Assembly (NCBI GenBank): GCA_905178155.1
Contig: CAJINV010000001.1
Location: forward strand, 12,073,832-12,137,831
Direction: 5' to 3'
DNA length: 64,000 bases
Origin: Amoebophrya sp. A120
Lineage: Eukaryota > Protista > Dinoflagellata
The notes below the pieces were generated by a model, which made no database searches, was not told the DNA's origin, and saw nothing but the letters and a program-made list of their open reading frames with translations. Each line of letters starts with the position of its first letter. Positions within the stretch are counted from its first letter, which is position 1. This document shows, in pieces, positions 38,369 to 51,800 of this stretch. The translations under genes and the position numbers were made by a program.

Positions 38369-39672
38369 GGAAACAAGTTGCTTTGAATAGTGGCTGCAAG
38401 TCAACATCCTCGAGATGAACACACGCCACCTGTTTTGCACGAGATAGGAGAAGAATAATCTTCACTTTTAGTTTACTTTTTGACCGATTCCAATTCAATT
38501 AAGTATACCTATGCAGGAAATAAATGAGAAGTTGTTGCTTTGGATCCATCGACGAACTACAAAAATCCGTCGTCTGGATCGAAGCTGACTCGTCTATTAA
38601 CATTGATTTTCACTTCATTTTTCGATTTCACTTGCGCCAATGGCGAAGTGAGCGATGGCGGTTTTTGAACTAAATTGCATGCCGTTTTGAGAACAAGTGC
38701 CGTAGGGCTAGGAATACTCGGTTCCGGCAGGTTAGAGGAGCTTCACGCGAAGATATAACCGGTGAAGGTTCTAGAACTTTAATACCCACTATCAAGCGAA
38801 CTGTATTCTACCTTTTGAAGGTTCTTCGTCTTTCTACGAAAGGACGACAAAAAACGAGATAATTTCAACTTTTTGGCAACAAAAAATGCACTGTATTTTC
38901 AAGAATCATGATGATGATTTCGATTTGAATTTTTCCCGCAGTAAAATGCTAGAAAAACTTCGTACGAACACGAAGCGTCGTCGTATGAACTACTTATCCC
39001 GGGAGGAATTTTTTGTGCAGAACACACACCCGCCCGGGTTACCTATGAAGAAAAAAACACGATCAGGGAGGCTGCAGCCGATCGATTTAGTAATGGTGAA
39101 CCCACTGCATCGAGTGCTGAGGTTCTATGTGTACAGAGAAAACTTCTAGCAGCACAACAGAGCAGACAGACGCTGTGCAGTACGTGGTTGTGTCTGTGTG
39201 CAAATAACTGAGCAGCGCGTCTGTGTCTGAAGCAACGCTGAACCAGGTAGCAGTAATACCGGCTTCTAAGTAGAGTGTGGAGATAGCTGTTTCGTTTTCG
39301 ACGTACCGCTGCTGAGTGACCGTGAAATACACGAGGGATAGCAAAGATTAAGCTAGAGCGATTGAGAGCGACACCAGCGCGCTAATTCGTGGTTACGGGC
39401 AAGACCCTGGCTTCTCTAGTGCGATCCCTACATATTGACGTTCGAGGAGTAAGACAAATCGGCGAAGCGCTCAAATCGTTTCGTACTGTTGATCGTTGGT
39501 TTCTTTCGTTTTGCTGTGGCTGGGTGTTGACCCATTTACTCTTGAAAATTATGTAACGCGTCGTGCAAATGCAGAAGGTTTACGTTTAGGTTATGGGGGA
39601 GATGTAATAGATTCATATTCTTTCCGCGATTTTAAGACCGACAGTGGACGCCTGACAGGACAGAAAAACCCT

Positions 39673-42600
39673 ATGCCGTCAGCCCGTCCGAGCGAGGTAG
39701 CTGCTGGCGGCAGCAGACCGCCTACCCGCGAGAAAATCGATCAACTCAAGGGCGACGCGAAGGCGATCACTAAATTGCTCAAGGACAGCAAATATCAAAT
39801 GTAAAGATGTCTGGGTCTGGAAGAATCCGAACTTGTGATGCTGCATTTGGATTCTAAAAAAATCTGTATTGCATGACCAGCAAAGGGAATGCAATTTTGG
39901 CTACGCGGCGAGGGCATTTGTCATGCGGAATAGGTATCCCGAAGCCCTCAAAAAGTCTGTGATGCTAGGGCATGCATCACAGACATCGTGGCCCCTGCAA
40001 AACGTGCATGACAAGTTTCAGAATCTTCAGACCCAGACATTTTTACATTTGAAAGCAAAAAGTGGACCGAGTTGACGCAGAGCGTTTTTTCTATCCTGTG
40101 CAAAAGTATCGCACTCGTACTAATCGCATTCATGCAATACAAATTTCTTTCTAAAGTTAAATCCGCATTACAAATTTTCTTTCTCATGCTGACGAAAGTT
40201 GTCATGCGATTTATACTAGTACGATGCTTTTGCATTTCATATTTTCGGAGCTGCAGCAGAAAGACCAGCTCGAGAAGAAATTCAACACCGTTGTCAAGCG
40301 GGCCGACGAGAATGAAACGAAGGTACTATTAGAGGAACTAAATTCACACACTTTCATTTGATTCGTGAATTGTGTTTGGGATGATTGTGATTGCTTCAGA
40401 CTCCCGACTACTTAATTTGAAGCCGAATTGGAATTCGCACTCGAGGCGAGTGTGATAATTGCGAACAGGAATGGGTTACACATTGTCTCTCTCTTCACTC
40501 GCACAGCTCGCGAAGCTGCAACGGGGCCTCGAGGAGGAAAAGCAGGCCCTTTGGGCGGAGGCTAGAAAAGAAAAATCGGACGCAGTGGAGCAGCTGGCAA
40601 CGGTGGAGGAACACTTGTCTGAAGCCAAGGAGCAAGTCGAATACCTCACCAAGGCGCTCGCGAAACATGAACACTCGTATACTATGCTACAGCTGCCGCC
40701 GTGCTTTGTTTGGTCATACGTTATCTTTGCTCTCTGCGAAGAACAGACCCTCACCTGCGTCAAAGATGGACTTTGCCATATGTTTTCTGGCGAACTTCTT
40801 GCGTTCTTCCAATTTATCTTGTTTGTATCGGGAATGAATCTTTACTAAGGTCCGAAGAAGCCGGGAAGACTACGGCCGGGCTTGAAGCAGAGGCGGAGTC
40901 CTTGCGCCGGCGGAACAGTGAGCTGGTTACACGCTGCAGTGAGTTGGAAGGCCGCTGCAAGGAATTAGAGACGGCAAACTTCGATTTGCTGAAACACAGC
41001 GAAAAGCAACAGAAAGAGTAAGTAGTTAAGTACTTATCTAAATGTCGACTTAAGTAAGTATTTCTTCGTCGTTGTGCACGAGGATGAAGTGATTGAAGAT
41101 AATGACCTTGCAACTGCGCAGCTGGCCGTTTGCGCTCGCGCTTCCCATGTAGATGGAATTGAAAATTCTCAGACTCTCTTCCCTAATGGAGGCCAATCAC
41201 CAAGCCAAGGAGTCCGCGATGCAGTACAAAACCGAAAGCGTCCGGATCGGCAATGCGTTGAAGGACGCCACGCAGAAGATCGCCGAGATGGCGAACTTTG
41301 GAAAGAAATTTCTCGAGCCAACCCCGCCCACTCCCGCGGTAGACGTGCGTCCCGGAAGCCGCGGGCGCGTGAGTTTCAACAGTACAACCGGGAGTGGTGG
41401 GAAGAACAGGGTGGTATTGGATCCGCTACCACTGTCGGTCACGGGCACACAGGAACCCATAGTAAGTCCAGTGAGCGGGTTTCAAAAGTGGGCAAACTTC
41501 TACGGTCTGCCAGAAAACGGAAAGCCGGAAGCGGCTGGTACAATGTTGAGACAGATATTTTCACAATCACAATTAGGATCTACTACTTCCTTGACCGTCA
41601 GCTAGGTTGTACTACCTGGCACTAAATCAATGGCAAAAGCGCGATATTGATACGTCGCTACAGGTGCGTCGCTGGCTAAGACCCTGAAGCAGTCGTTCGT
41701 GGAATCCGTAAAGAAAAAGTACGGCAACTTGATCCGCGGTTGGCGGGTACTGGCCGCCTATGCCTCGCAGGGAGACTCTTTGACTCTTGCGGAGTTTTCC
41801 AACGCGTATAAACAAATTGCTCCTTTACCTTGTTCATTTCATTGAAGAACGTTGATGAGTCTCAATGACAATGTAGTTCTGGGTCTCGGTATCTTGGATG
41901 AAACGAAAAGGAAAAGAACATACCCACAGCATGTCTATAAGTCATGCAACACCTGAATCATCATCGAAAGTCTTGAAACACCTCCGCTGCAGGTGCCACG
42001 AGCTTCACCTGATCTCCGAGAAGAACATGAAAATGACCTTCCACGACTTTGTCGGGAATTTCCACGGGAAGCTGACCCTACCCGACCTCGATTCCGAATC
42101 TTACCGCGCCTGGAGCAACCTACGGCTGAAACTGCAAGACCTGTTTGGTTCGACCGTGCACGGGATACGCGAGATGTTTGGCCCGAAAGCCAGCCTCTCC
42201 GCGGAGGACTTTCTGCACTGCGTCGAGCACATCAAGGTGCAGAAGGGAAAACTGCTGGTCACGTATCTGCAAGTCGAGAACCGCGTTTACTCCGACTCGC
42301 TTGTCCTGAACGAATCCGAAGTGCCGGCACTGAAGGTTGACAGTCAAACCTTGCTCGAGATGCAGAAGAGCGGCAGCACCCTGTCTCCCGACGCAAAAAA
42401 ATTCCTCCAGCGCGAGCAGGCGCAGGAAAAGCGCGCGAGCCGGGCGAGCGCCCCATCTGCTGCGATGAGGCGCGGCTCCCCGGACTTGTACACATCAAAT
42501 CAGCCGACGGACTCTCCGGAACTCGGTGGGACCACGCTCGAGCCGCCAATGAGTGCGAGTTACTACGCGACGAGTAGCCCGATGCTAGAGCAGTCTTTGA

Positions 42601-45328
42601 AGAAGGAGAAGCTCACCGGGGCACAGTTGTTTGAAAATTTGAAGAGGCTGCTCATCAAGAAGTATCGGTCCCTGTCCCTCGCGTGGAAAACTGCCTTCGA
42701 CGTGCAGGGCCGAGGCCACTGCGGGTCGCAGCACTTTGCTGCGGTGTGCCGCGGGTTGGGCTTCGAGGGGGCGAATAGCGTATGGCGGGAGGTGGTGCAG
42801 TGGCGCTCAAAGAGCGGTTTGTTGACCTACGCGGATCTCGACCCCGAGGGTGCGCAACTGATCTACGAGTTAAAAGCCAGGATGGTTGACAAGTAAGTAC
42901 ATGCTTGCAATAGACGAAAATTGTAAAGTTATGCGTGAGACTGCTCCTTCGTTCTAGAAGTATCGTGGAAGATGTTTATGTTGATCAACATGATTTTTGA
43001 TCAACATGATTTTTGATCAACACGCTCGTGCACCCCAATAAACAAGGTATCGCGACTTCGTCACTGCCTGGGTCGTCGGTATCGATATGGATGGCAGCAA
43101 CCGCGTTTCTGAGGCCGACTTTGTGAATACGGTATCTAGTGGCAAATTTGGTGACTTTTCGGAAGTGGAATCGCGGCAGCTGTTCCGTTTACTGCGCTCT
43201 GCGGACAAGAAGTTCCTGCAGCTCCACGATATCGACGTCAAAGCGGGTCAACAGCTGATGGACGGCAATCTGCCTCCCTATGTGGACCAAATGAAGGCGG
43301 AAGCGAGGAAGCAGCTCAGTCGCGGCATGAGCCGGGAAAGGAGAACCGAGTTTTTGGTCAGGCAGAATTCGCACGAGGTATCTTGTTATCATTCACCTGA
43401 TCGTGTCATGAGCCCATAAGCGCGAGTACCTTCTTCTTCTGTGTCTCTCTGCCTTTTGTTTTCGCTGTGTTGATGAAGTATCTATTGAATGTTGTCGCTG
43501 GATTCCATTCTATTTGCACTAGATCCACGCCTTCCGGACGGAGTTTGCGCAGCACAAGCGGCAGCAGCTGAACGCTAAGGATGAACGGCGGCAGAGCCGG
43601 GACATGGGGGCGAGTTCCAAGGAGGAGTTCCTGAGCTTTCTGAAGCGCAAGTACGGAAACCTGCCCCGCGCCTGGCGCACGGCCTTCGACACGGACGGCA
43701 ACGGGAAAGTTTCGCAGCAGGAGTTCTTCAGTGTCTGTCGACACCTGAACGCCTTTATCGGCGACGTGAGCAAGTTGTTTTCCGAGTTCGACGTGGACCA
43801 GAGCGGCATTTTGTCCCTCGCGGAGGTCGACCCGGCGGCGTGGCGGATTTTGTCCAATTTTGAGGACAAGTGTCTCGAGGCGGTGGCTGCTTCCTCCTCG
43901 CGGGGGGCGGTAGTGGTCCAGCCCCCCTCTGCGTCCACGACGATTGGCGGTGCGCAATCCGGGTCCGACGCGTCGGAGCCAAGCGGTGCAGCTGTTCCCC
44001 GTGGGCGCACGGGAGCGTTGGCGAAGTGGTGGAGCGTGTTCTTCGCCGATCAGGATTTTGCGGAGCACGACCTCCTGCGCCGTATGCAGGACAACAGCGC
44101 GGTGACGGCGACAATTCTGAAGATCGATTTCACCAGGTTCCAGGCCATCTGTGCGAAGGATTTGAATTTGCACAACGAAGTGACGGTCAGGAAGCTGTTT
44201 TCCTACTTTGCAAAGGAGGAGGGATCCACGTTTCTGACCGAAACGGATTTTAAGGCGATGGACATCCCGAAAATGCGGGACATGCGCGAGCGCAAGCGTC
44301 GTAGCAGCAACGCATTTGGGGGCGGCGCGCGATCTCGGAGCACGTCGCTCCAAAGCTCAAAGCAGGCGAGCGCCAGTCCATCCGAGAACGAGGGAGCCAG
44401 CAACGTCGTGAGTCCTGCGGTCCCGGAGGAGGGGATTGTCGGTAGTACAGCCGGGGCCGCGGCCACCGAAGTGTTGAAGGCCGCAAAGCCGGAAGAAGCG
44501 AGCAAGTCGGAGGAAGAAACAGATGCATATCACAAGAAAAAAGTGTTACAGTTACACATTTGTTGGAGTTTCTGCATCACAAATTTTCTCTGTGTGGCAG
44601 GGAAAACTTGTAATGCGAAGATCATTAGGGAAAACAGGAAGGAAACGAGGCTCCCAAGCATTTCCTGCATGAGAAAGGTTATCTGTGTTGCTGGTCTTGC
44701 AACACAATGTGTAACTGTAACACTTTTTTCTTGCGATACTGCAGATGCCGACCACAGCAGCAGCACAAGCGCCGAGGCAAGTGGAGGTTCCAGCACGGAG
44801 CCGGAACCTGCAGCGGATCAGGTCGGTCTTGCAAAAAAGAATGACGCCGATGTTCTTGGAGCGAGTGCCAGTGAGGAAGAAGATCCTATCTTGGGAGCCT
44901 CACAGGAAACCGCAGAAGAGGAGGAAGTAACGAAACCAGCAGGAGAACAGGATCCAAGTGCTGCTACAATAGACAAGGCTGAAGAATCTTCTGCTCCGGA
45001 GGGCGGACAGGAAATTATCATTCCTACTCGATCTGCAGCGAAAGATGACGAAGAGCCGCCAGCAGCAGTAGAGGCTGCGACCACCACGACAACGTCCGAC
45101 ATTGACGAGTTTTGCGTGACCTTCGTCGAGGCGAATGAGGGTGACTGCAGCCGCGCGTGGGGCAACCTCTTCGGCACCGACGAGGATGTCGAGGAAGCCA
45201 AGTTTGTCGACTTTTGCAAGGCCGTGCGGGCGAAGGGGTTCCAGGGCAACTTGAAGCTTCTGTGGACCAAGTTCGGTGGGACGGATACACTCTGCCCCGG
45301 TGACATGGAAGAAAAGCTGTTCTTCTGA
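39673..45328 (+). CDS. Coiled-coil plus multiple EF-hand-like repeat protein; multi-exon
   Basis: Repeated units KKYRSLSLAWKTAFDVQGRG, DMDGSNRVSEADF, KRKYGNLPRAWRTAFDTDGNGKVSQQEF and FDVDQSGILSLAE; N-terminal heptad-rich exons; three introners and several GT-AG introns. Not every internal junction was verified. Confidence 0.7.
39793..40054. mobile_element. Family-A introner (262 bp), TSD GCAAA
   Basis: Family-A TIRs with the right end mutated to AAA; GCAAA on both sides; removal gives KDSK-KWTEL. Confidence 0.92.
40092..40241. mobile_element. Family-B introner (150 bp), TSD TTTTC
   Basis: tatcctgtgcaaaagtatcgcact...agtacgatgcttttgcatttcata; removal gives SVFS-ELQQKDQLE. Confidence 0.92.
42981..43022. 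repeat. 16-bp tandem repeat (about 2.6 copies) in an intron
   Basis: ttgatcaacatgattt repeated at 42981, 42997 and 43013. Confidence 0.8.
44528..44738. mobile_element. Family-E introner (211 bp), TSD ATGCA/CTGCA, stop-free in frame
   Basis: 33-bp TIR tatcacaagaaaaaagtgttacagttacacatt with 1 mismatch; AT-rich island inside ORF 43604; element plus TSD is 216 nt. Confidence 0.9.
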
Positions 45329-46667
45329 CTCTAATCTTTGGAAACACATTCACCAAAAAATGAATCCTGCTCTACTGCGAATGTCAAAAACAAAGATGTC
45401 AAAAACAAAGATAGAAAGATGGAACTTTAACTAGACTCGTCATGATTGTCCTGGACCTAGATGGCAATTGACGAAGCGAAAATCTATGTGAAACTTGCAA
45501 GACGGTGCTATAATTTGTACGATTGTATCAACTGCGCAAAAGTAAAAATTCGAATGAATACAGACCGATTTCTCATTCTCTTGTTTCACTAGCTACTTCT
45601 ATTTGCATCTTACTTGTTGATGATCTTTCTTGTTACATCAGCAGGGCCAAGAGCAGGGCCATGGTAGCCTCAGCGATTGCCAGTCCGACTCTTGGTCGCG
45701 GTTTCTCCAGATCAAATGTACGATTCCTCTTCCTCGATGCTTGACTATCTTCCGAAATGCAACCTTAGGCCCTGATTTGAAATGGAAATCAACGATGAGA
45801 AAAACGTGGCCTTCATGTTTGATGCTCGTTTCCACCGTCATGGCCCAAACATGGAGCATCAAGCGGACGAATTTAAGATACCGGTGGAAGATAGAGGATT
45901 GGCTATCGCTCCAGGTTTGTAGCCACAGCGCAAACCACTACCACATCCAGCAGCGGGGCTTCACCCACAGAAAAAAAAAATAGATTGTTTGCTCAACCGG
46001 CTACGCAGACAGCAATGCAAGTCTAACTCGACAGTGAGGTTGTCAAACTATGTCTCCTCTACTTGATCTCTAGCTTTAGAACGTGTTCTGCGTGCCCTGC
46101 TTTCGAAGCTTCGAAGCTACGTGAAATTTTCCTGTGTCGAGCGTGGCAACGTGCTGTATAATTTCCTTGAAGTTGAAGATCCTTCTCCTTTGTTTTTCCT
46201 TTTTGTTCGGAATAGTACTTCTACTACCCATTCAGATCTGTCATCGCTTTCGGATTCTTGTTTGACTTTGTAATGCAGCAGCGGGCACCAGCGGCAGGGG
46301 CAGCATCAGCGTCACGTTCAAAAAGAAAATCGAAACTATCAACGCTGGCTTGGTAGATCTCAGCTCAAGAAGACAGCCTCCGTTCATTTCGTGTTTAAGT
46401 TTGAAACTCTATTTGCAGTTGTGCAAAAAGCTAGATCCTTCTTTTTGTTGATGACCCAGTGGCAGTGACCACGGCGATCGATGAGCTTTGTTTGGAACCT
46501 CCTGCTGGCTGGCTTTGCACATTATCACAAAAAACTATGTATGTGATGAGAGCAGCACTTACTTTCTTTGATTTTCGCTAGAGACCGGTACGCGCTGAGG
46601 CCTAGATTTGTAATCACCATGCTACGATGAGGGTTACTATTTTTGTGTCGCGCATACCATCGGGGAA

Positions 46668-47230
46668 AGCAGGGGGCCCCCGCCTCCCGCCCTCTCGGTC
46701 GCCCGCTGCGTATCCCGCTTGCAGGGGGCCCCCGCCCTTCCGCCTGCCGCCTCCACAGGGGGCCCCCGCTCCTCACCGGGGCCGCCCGCCTGGTGAAACA
46801 GGGGGCCCCCGCCCCCCGCCCTCTCACCCGCTGCGTATCCCGCCTCCGCAGGGGGCCCCCGCCCTTCCACCTCCGCAGGGGGCCCCCGCTCCTTTCCCGG
46901 GTCGCCCGCCGGAGGCCACAGGGGGCCTCCGTCCTTCTCCGCGGTAAGTCTCTCTCGCCCGCAGGGGGCCCCCCACCTCCACCTTTGGTGCCCTAGGGGG
47001 CCCCGCGCCTTTCTCTCCCGCGCGCAGGGGGCCCCCGCCCCTGACTCCTGGGGTCCGCCTGTGGTGCCCAAGGGGGCCCCCCGCCTTTCTCTCCTGCCCA
47101 CAGGGGGCCCGCCCCTCACTCCTGGTGTTCGAGGGGGTCCCCCGCCTTCCTTTCCCACTCGCAAGGGCTCCTGTCAAGTACATCGCTCCGCGCCCGCAAT
47201 AGGGGAAACGCAGCGGGGCCCCGCCCCGCA
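46668..47230. repeat. GC-rich degenerate minisatellite, core cagggggcccccgcc
   Basis: More than 10 recurrences of aggggg(c/t)ccc at irregular 30-60 bp spacing; intergenic. Confidence 0.8.
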
Positions 47231-47326
47231 TTCACCCCCGTTGCCGCAGGCCGGGAGCTCGCGCTGGTGCCCTGCCCTCCCAAGAAGTGGCAACACATTC
47301 ATGGGCCCCGCGCGGCTGAAGTACAT

Positions 47327-47439
47327 AACCAGTAGCGCCGCCTAGGCCTCTGCGCGGGGCCAACCGCAAATACGCGGCTGGGCCAACCAGTAGCGCCGCG
47401 TGGGCCTCTGCGCGGGGTCAACCGCAAGTACGCGGCTGG
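47327..47439. repeat. Two tandem ~58-bp copies
   Basis: aaccagtagcgccgc...ggcctctgcgcgggg.caaccgcaa.tacgcggctgg occurs twice. Confidence 0.75.
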
Positions 47440-48878
47440 AGCAGGGCAGACGTACGCAAAGGCCCGCGCATAGCGCCTGAACACACGGCGACGGCGACGT
47501 GGGACGGCGGGCACAGAGTTGGACAAGCTGACTGTGGCCGCCGACGTGGGTACGCACGCTGCCCGCGCGTGCCGAGGTGATCGGCAGGGGCGGCCTGCGC
47601 GAGCGGGGGGCCTCTGCAAGAATTAGGGGCAGCAGCCCTGTTGGGCTGTCACTGGTGCCCATGTTGTTTAGGAAGGCCGCAGGACTTTTGTGCTCGTTGG
47701 TTGTCAATGCGCCGTATTGACAACGAACCAGAGCAGTGTGTTGGGGAATACTGCCCACATGCGCCGGCACACGCACTACGCGCGCGGGAAAATATTGCCC
47801 CCAAGCGTTGGCGCCAACATGTGCCAGGGCACGGACGCAGTGCGCCGAGCAGCCGGAGCCGTGCTGTTAGGGCGTGCGGATTCTGACCCGCGCCGGCAAG
47901 GGCCACCACGGAAAAAAGTAGACACGCGCCCGGGCGCGCAACGGAAATACTGCCCACATGCGCCGCGGTGCGGGCTAGCGCGATGCCAGGCAGCCGCAAG
48001 CCTGGCGCGGAGCGTTGCAAGGGGAGGCGCTCCGTGAAACAGGGCCCACACCGTCGCGACCCCAACGCGCGACGGTCGCGTCAAACCACGGAAACCAACT
48101 CCGGACGCTGGCGCCATACCATTGGGGTTCGAGAGAAAGTCGCCGCGCTTGTTCCGATTTGTGTCACGGCGAGACACATCGTGAAAAAAGGACCCTGCCC
48201 TCGTGATTCGGCTGCGCGGCTTTCGCGAAATATCGCGGAAAAGCAGAAAAAACCAATGCCGCAAACAGGGCCCGTAGCATCGCGATTCGCGACGCAAGCG
48301 GTAATTTTTTGCTCGATTTTTTGCACGGTGCAAATACTCGTGCAATAGAGGCCCTACCATCGCGATTAGCATAGAAAACACAGCAACTTTTGCACGATTT
48401 TCACCAGTTTCACGACAAATCCCGGGACTCGGGAAATCCCGGGATTCCGGAAAGACGTGAGTAAAAGACAAAAGCAAAAACCAGAAGACTCCGAAGGGCC
48501 AACCCGCATGGTATGGTGCGCGTAGGCCAATAAAGTCCTTATGTTTTCGTAATGTAAAAAAAGCCGCTTCACGAGGGCACCACGCCCGGGCTTCCTAGCG
48601 CAGCTTCCTAGCGCTTGAACTTACGAAACAAGAAACCGCACTACACAGGCGATTGCGAATGCCCGACGTCGTGTCCGCACTGAAGAATATTGTTGCTAAG
48701 GCACGCAACAACTCGAATAAAGGACGTGCTTCAGAGGGAGCATACTAATTGTTTGACGGACAGCTCTTCCGTGCAAAAGATCAATTGTAATTCGAAGGAC
48801 CTCGTCGCGCTCGCGGCTATGTGGGGCTTGGCGGCGTTATTTTCCGGGACTACAAAAACAAAAACCTCCTCAACTAAG

Positions 48879-51800
48879 ATGCAGTCGGCGCAGCGATCCA
48901 GGCGCGCTCATCTTGCGGGATTGTTGTTTCTTCTTGTGACGGACGCAACGGTTGCCAATGGCGCAGCCAACACGCCAGCGCCACGGTACCCTCAAAGCTT
49001 CAATCTGCCACCGGTCAACAACCTCGGCAATGTGCTTGGGCGCAACTACAATTATCCAAATAATGGGCTCGGTAGTTTGACTTCTTTGAACAACCAAGCT
49101 TCGCTCGGTCCAGGAACAATCACCGCGACCTCCGTCACCGCTTCCCAATTGCGGGATCGGATACACGTGCCGAGTGCACGCGTCGTGGAGATACGTAATT
49201 TCCACTCGGGCTTTGACGTCCCAGACATACCGGCATCCGACCACAGGGAAATTCTGCTTGTCTCGACTTACGTATAGTTTTTGACTTTTCAAAACTTCAT
49301 CTTCATGTACTTTTGTTATTTCGACCTTCAGGTCCAGATGGGGTCCTTGAATCGCGTCCTTGCGTAAAAGCGGTTTAAATCTCTAAGCCTAAACACTATG
49401 AATGTTGTGTACGGTACGTGAACACACGCCAGTTGATTCGTCGCGAGCAGCAGTTGTTCAGAACCGTGGACAGGACGGAGCTGCCCGCGAGCGCCAATCT
49501 AGAGTATCAGCGCATGCTGGCCCGAGTGCGGAACCGGCGATCTTCGGACGCCGCCCTGCAATCTCGGAGTTGCGTCCTCTGGATGGGCGCGGACGAGCAA
49601 GATGAATTCTACTTGTACGGCAAGGCGCTTGGAGTCGAAGGTGCAGCCGCCCACCGCTTGACCATTCGCGAAATCAAGATCGGGAGAAGTAGTTTCACTG
49701 CAGCCTCTCGGTACTATATAAAAAACGCTTTGTCGACGATGAAAGATATTCGACGGCCGCAGGTGCTTGCTGCACACACTGCCGTAGCCATTTTCACTAC
49801 TCGAAGGAGACCCTCCATATGCTATATCCTATCCATACAAAAATATTTTCTGAGTCGTTTCCTTCGTACAGAAACCTTTTCCTGCTTTTAACGCTCTTTG
49901 TGGTCCTCACTGGTTCTTGTGCCTGGTGCATGATCCATCTTGGCTCAAACACTCACCTTTTTTGTACTTCAGCGTCGACGAGACCGCACTGCAGTCCGCC
50001 ATCAACGAGTGCGAGGTGCTGAACCTCGGTGGTGGCAAGCCGGCGCGATTTGCGCGCAACCTGCAGCATTTGCAGACCACCCACAGACCACTCTGGGATC
50101 GCATGATGACGCTTATCCGCGAGGGCAAACTGATGGTATTCGCCTACAGTGCGGGGGCCGTGGTAATTGGCAAGACTGCGGAACACTGGCTGGACGACAT
50201 GGACGAGCCCGTGCCTTCGGAGATGACTACCGACCAGGCACGCCACTTCCTCAAGGAAGGGGCATTGAAACTCCTGGGACCATATCAGGTTCCTGGTTTC
50301 TGATTCTCGATTCTCAAACTCATTATCGTTCTTCTATCCACACAGTATTCCCTTTACTTATTCCTATGGACGAAACTCCTTAAGAACTCCCCTTAAGACT
50401 TCCCCTTAAGAAACTCCTTAAAAAAGGGGGGGGCGCGGAATCGATGACACCATGGGGGTTCATTTTTGCGCCGATGGTATGCTGCGTTTTTCTGTGTGCG
50501 TTGGCGCAAGGTTTTGGCACCCAGAAAATCGGGCCCATAGCATGGGGATTCGGGCCGAAAGGCTTTAAGGCGATTTCTTTAAGGGGAAATCTTTAGGGGG
50601 CATCTTTAAGGGCATTCTTAAGGGAATCTGTAAGGGGGCCTTTAAGGGGATGCTTAAGGGGGCCCGTAGAGCGGCCCGCGCGATTTCGTCAGGAGACAGG
50701 GCGCAAAAAGCTAACTATTGCAGTGCCCTGCGTGCCGTGAGCAGAGCGGCAGCCACGGACCGCAACAAGAGAGCCACCATGCGCAAGGCAGCCGGCAGGC
50801 TAGCGGCGGCCGGTAGGCCTGGAACAGCCGGCAGGCTAGCAGTGGCCGGCTGGCAACCAAGCGGCAGCCGGAAGGCTAGCCGCGGTTGGCAGGCCAGCGG
50901 CAGCCGGCCGGCTGACAGCGGCCGGGGGCTATCTAACTAGCGGCGGCCGGGCCGGCCAATGGGCTAGCGCGCGGCCGGCCGAGAGGCTAACGGCAACCAA
51001 CCCGATGCACGCGGTGCGGCCCGCCGACAGGCAGAGGCAGCTAGCGGCACTCGGCCCGCCGGCAGGACAGAGGCCAGCGGCAGCCGGCCCGCCGGCAGGT
51101 AGGACAGAGGCCAGCGGCAGCCGGCCCGCCGGCAGGTAGGACAGAGAGAGGCCAGCGCCAGGGCAGCCGGCCCGCCGGCAGGTAGGACAGGGGCCAGCGG
51201 CAGCCGGCCCGCCGGCAGGCAGGACAGAGAGAGGCCAGCGGCAGCCGGCCCGCCGGCAGGTAGGACAGAGGCCAGCGGCAGCCGGCCCGCCGGCAGGTAG
51301 GACAGAGGCCAGCGGCAGCCGGCCCGCCCGGGCAGGTAGGACAGAGGCCAGCGGCAGCCGGCCCGCCGGCAGGACAGAGGCCCGCCACCCAGCGGCAGCC
51401 GGCACGCGGGCAGAGGCAGGCCAGCGGCAGCCGGCGCGGGCGCTCGCAGGTCAGGCAGCCGGTCCGAGGCAATTGCCGCCGGTGAATTTTTTTTAAATTT
51501 CCATTAATTCTGGGAATCGCGGGTCGTTTGGCCTGGTGTGCAACCAATTTGGTGGGCGCCCCCGCCGGGGTTGGTGGCGCGGCGTGGTGTGGCGTCTCCG
51601 TTTCCAGTTTTCCTTGGCGCCGTACGCTCTCGGGCCTCTCCCCCTTGCTGTGTGTTCTCCCCCATCCTCCCGGAAATGGGGGCCGCTTTTTGGAAACCCT
51701 TTTCGCGCGTGAGGCGCCGCGGCTTTTGGTGGTGGCCTGCCCTTTGGTGGTCTTTTCCCTTTCCCCAGGGAAAGTCTCGGGTCGGGCCCTTGCCCGGGCC

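Noticed and set aside
50563-50662. Interstitial TTTAGGG telomere array
   Set aside because: Units are 11-14 bp and mostly ttaaggg with spacers, not tandem heptamers.
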